This document shows positions 25,386 to 26,121 of a stretch of DNA of 26,121 bases, piece after piece. Under the pieces are notes generated by a model. That model did no database searches. It saw only the letters and a program-made list of their open reading frames with translations, and was not told the DNA's origin. The DNA comes from Fidelibacterota bacterium (GTDB lineage Bacteria; Fidelibacterota; Marinisomatia; Marinisomatales; JABMOV01), in the NCBI GenBank assembly GCA_046861395.1, contig JBHHUC010000028.1, forward strand, positions 1 to 26,121, in the 5' to 3' direction. A program made the translations under genes and the position numbers. Positions within the stretch are counted from its first letter, which is position 1; the number at the start of each line of letters is the position of its first letter.

Positions 25386-26121
25386 ATGGATATTGCTGAG
25401 ATAAAAGACCAGTTTGCCGCTTCAGAGCGGAAATACATTGAACTCCGGGGGTATCTTTGACCTGGAGGAGAAAGAAAAAGAAATTCAACGTCTGAAATCC
25501 TTATCATTGGAATCGAATTTCTGGTCGGATAACCGCCGAGCTACCCGTATTCTTAAACAATTATCACTGTTGGAAAAAGAAGTGGAATTATGGCAGGACC
25601 TGGAGCGTCGTCACGGCGATGTGGAAGTTCTGTTGGATTTCGCTGATGCCGGAGAAGCGGATGTCAGTGAAGTGGAACAAGAGTTTCTGGAATACCAAGC
25701 GATTATTGCTGATGTGGAAATGCAGCTTACTCTGGGAAAAAATGAAGATACTCAGGATGCGATATTGACCATCCATCCCGGGGCCGGCGGAACGGAGAGT
25801 CAGGACTGGGCGGACATGTTATACCGTATGTACACCCGTTGGATGGAAAGAAAAGGATTTAAATACACGGTGCTGGATTTTCAGCCGGGTGATGAAGCCG
25901 GCTTAAAGGATGTGACTATCGAAGTGCGGGGTGATTATGCCTACGGACTCCTGAAAGCTGAAGCAGGAGTACACCGACTGGTACGTATTTCCCCCTTTGA
26001 TTCAAACAGCCGTCGGCACACTTCCTTCGCATCCGTGTTCGTGTTTCCGGCTGCCGATGAGGAAGTAGAAGTTGAAATTGATCCCAATGATTTGAGAATT
26101 GATACCTACCGTGCCAGTGGA
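25386..26121 (+). CDS. prfB: Peptide chain release factor 2, 5' part, with programmed +1 frameshift (truncated by the window end)
   Basis: Frame 0 gives MDIAEIKDQFAASERKYIELRGYL, then TGA at 25458. The +1 frame continues DLEEKEKEIQRL...FWSDN...GAGGTESQDWA...EAGVHRLVRISPFDSNSRRHTSF...IDTYRASG. SPF is the RF2 stop-recognition motif, and the sequence ends just before the expected GGQ. Confidence 0.97.
25447..25461 (+). promoter_or_regulatory. prfB +1 ribosomal frameshift site (internal SD GGGGG, TAT spacer, CTT TGA C)
   Basis: The sequence GGGGGTATCTTTGAC matches the canonical RF2 autoregulatory shift cassette. The slippery CTT is at 25455-25457 and the in-frame TGA at 25458-25460. Confidence 0.96.

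Noticed and set aside
25458..25460. In-frame TGA suggesting a prfB pseudogene or stop-codon recoding
   Set aside because: It is part of the canonical CTT-TGA-C programmed frameshift.
1..26121. CRISPR arrays, tRNA/rRNA, riboswitches, IS elements, integrases, defence systems
   Set aside because: No repeat-spacer pattern, no intergenic space large enough, and no transposase, integrase or nuclease motifs in any ORF.

Overview
A 26 kb, densely packed bacterial chromosomal segment with every credible gene on the + strand and the largest intergenic gap only 71 nt. Gene content and protein style suggest an FCB-superphylum organism outside the classic Bacteroidetes, possibly Ca. Marinimicrobia or a relative; this is inference, not checked. 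In order: the 3' end of a System I cytochrome c maturation cluster (ccmF end, a CcmI-N-terminus-like protein, ccmA, ccmB, ccmC, and a 39-aa ccmD missing from the ORF track); a divergent archaeal-type (class II) GAPDH-family protein; an MBL-fold hydrolase; metF; the conserved tilS-hpt-ftsH-folP-cdaA block; a classical menaquinone cluster (menI-like, menF, menD, menB, menA, menC, menE; no menH); a T9SS-attachment-like trio (1529-aa C25/PorU-like cysteine peptidase with a FlgD-Ig/T9SS-type tail, PorV-like barrel, FN3 lipoprotein); a ZIP metal transporter; and the 5' part of prfB with its programmed +1 frameshift (also missing from the ORF track). No rRNA, tRNA, CRISPR array or mobile element was seen. 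The best candidates for something uncharacterised are the PorU/PorV/lipoprotein module and the class II GAPDH-like gene. Most of the window is ordinary housekeeping.
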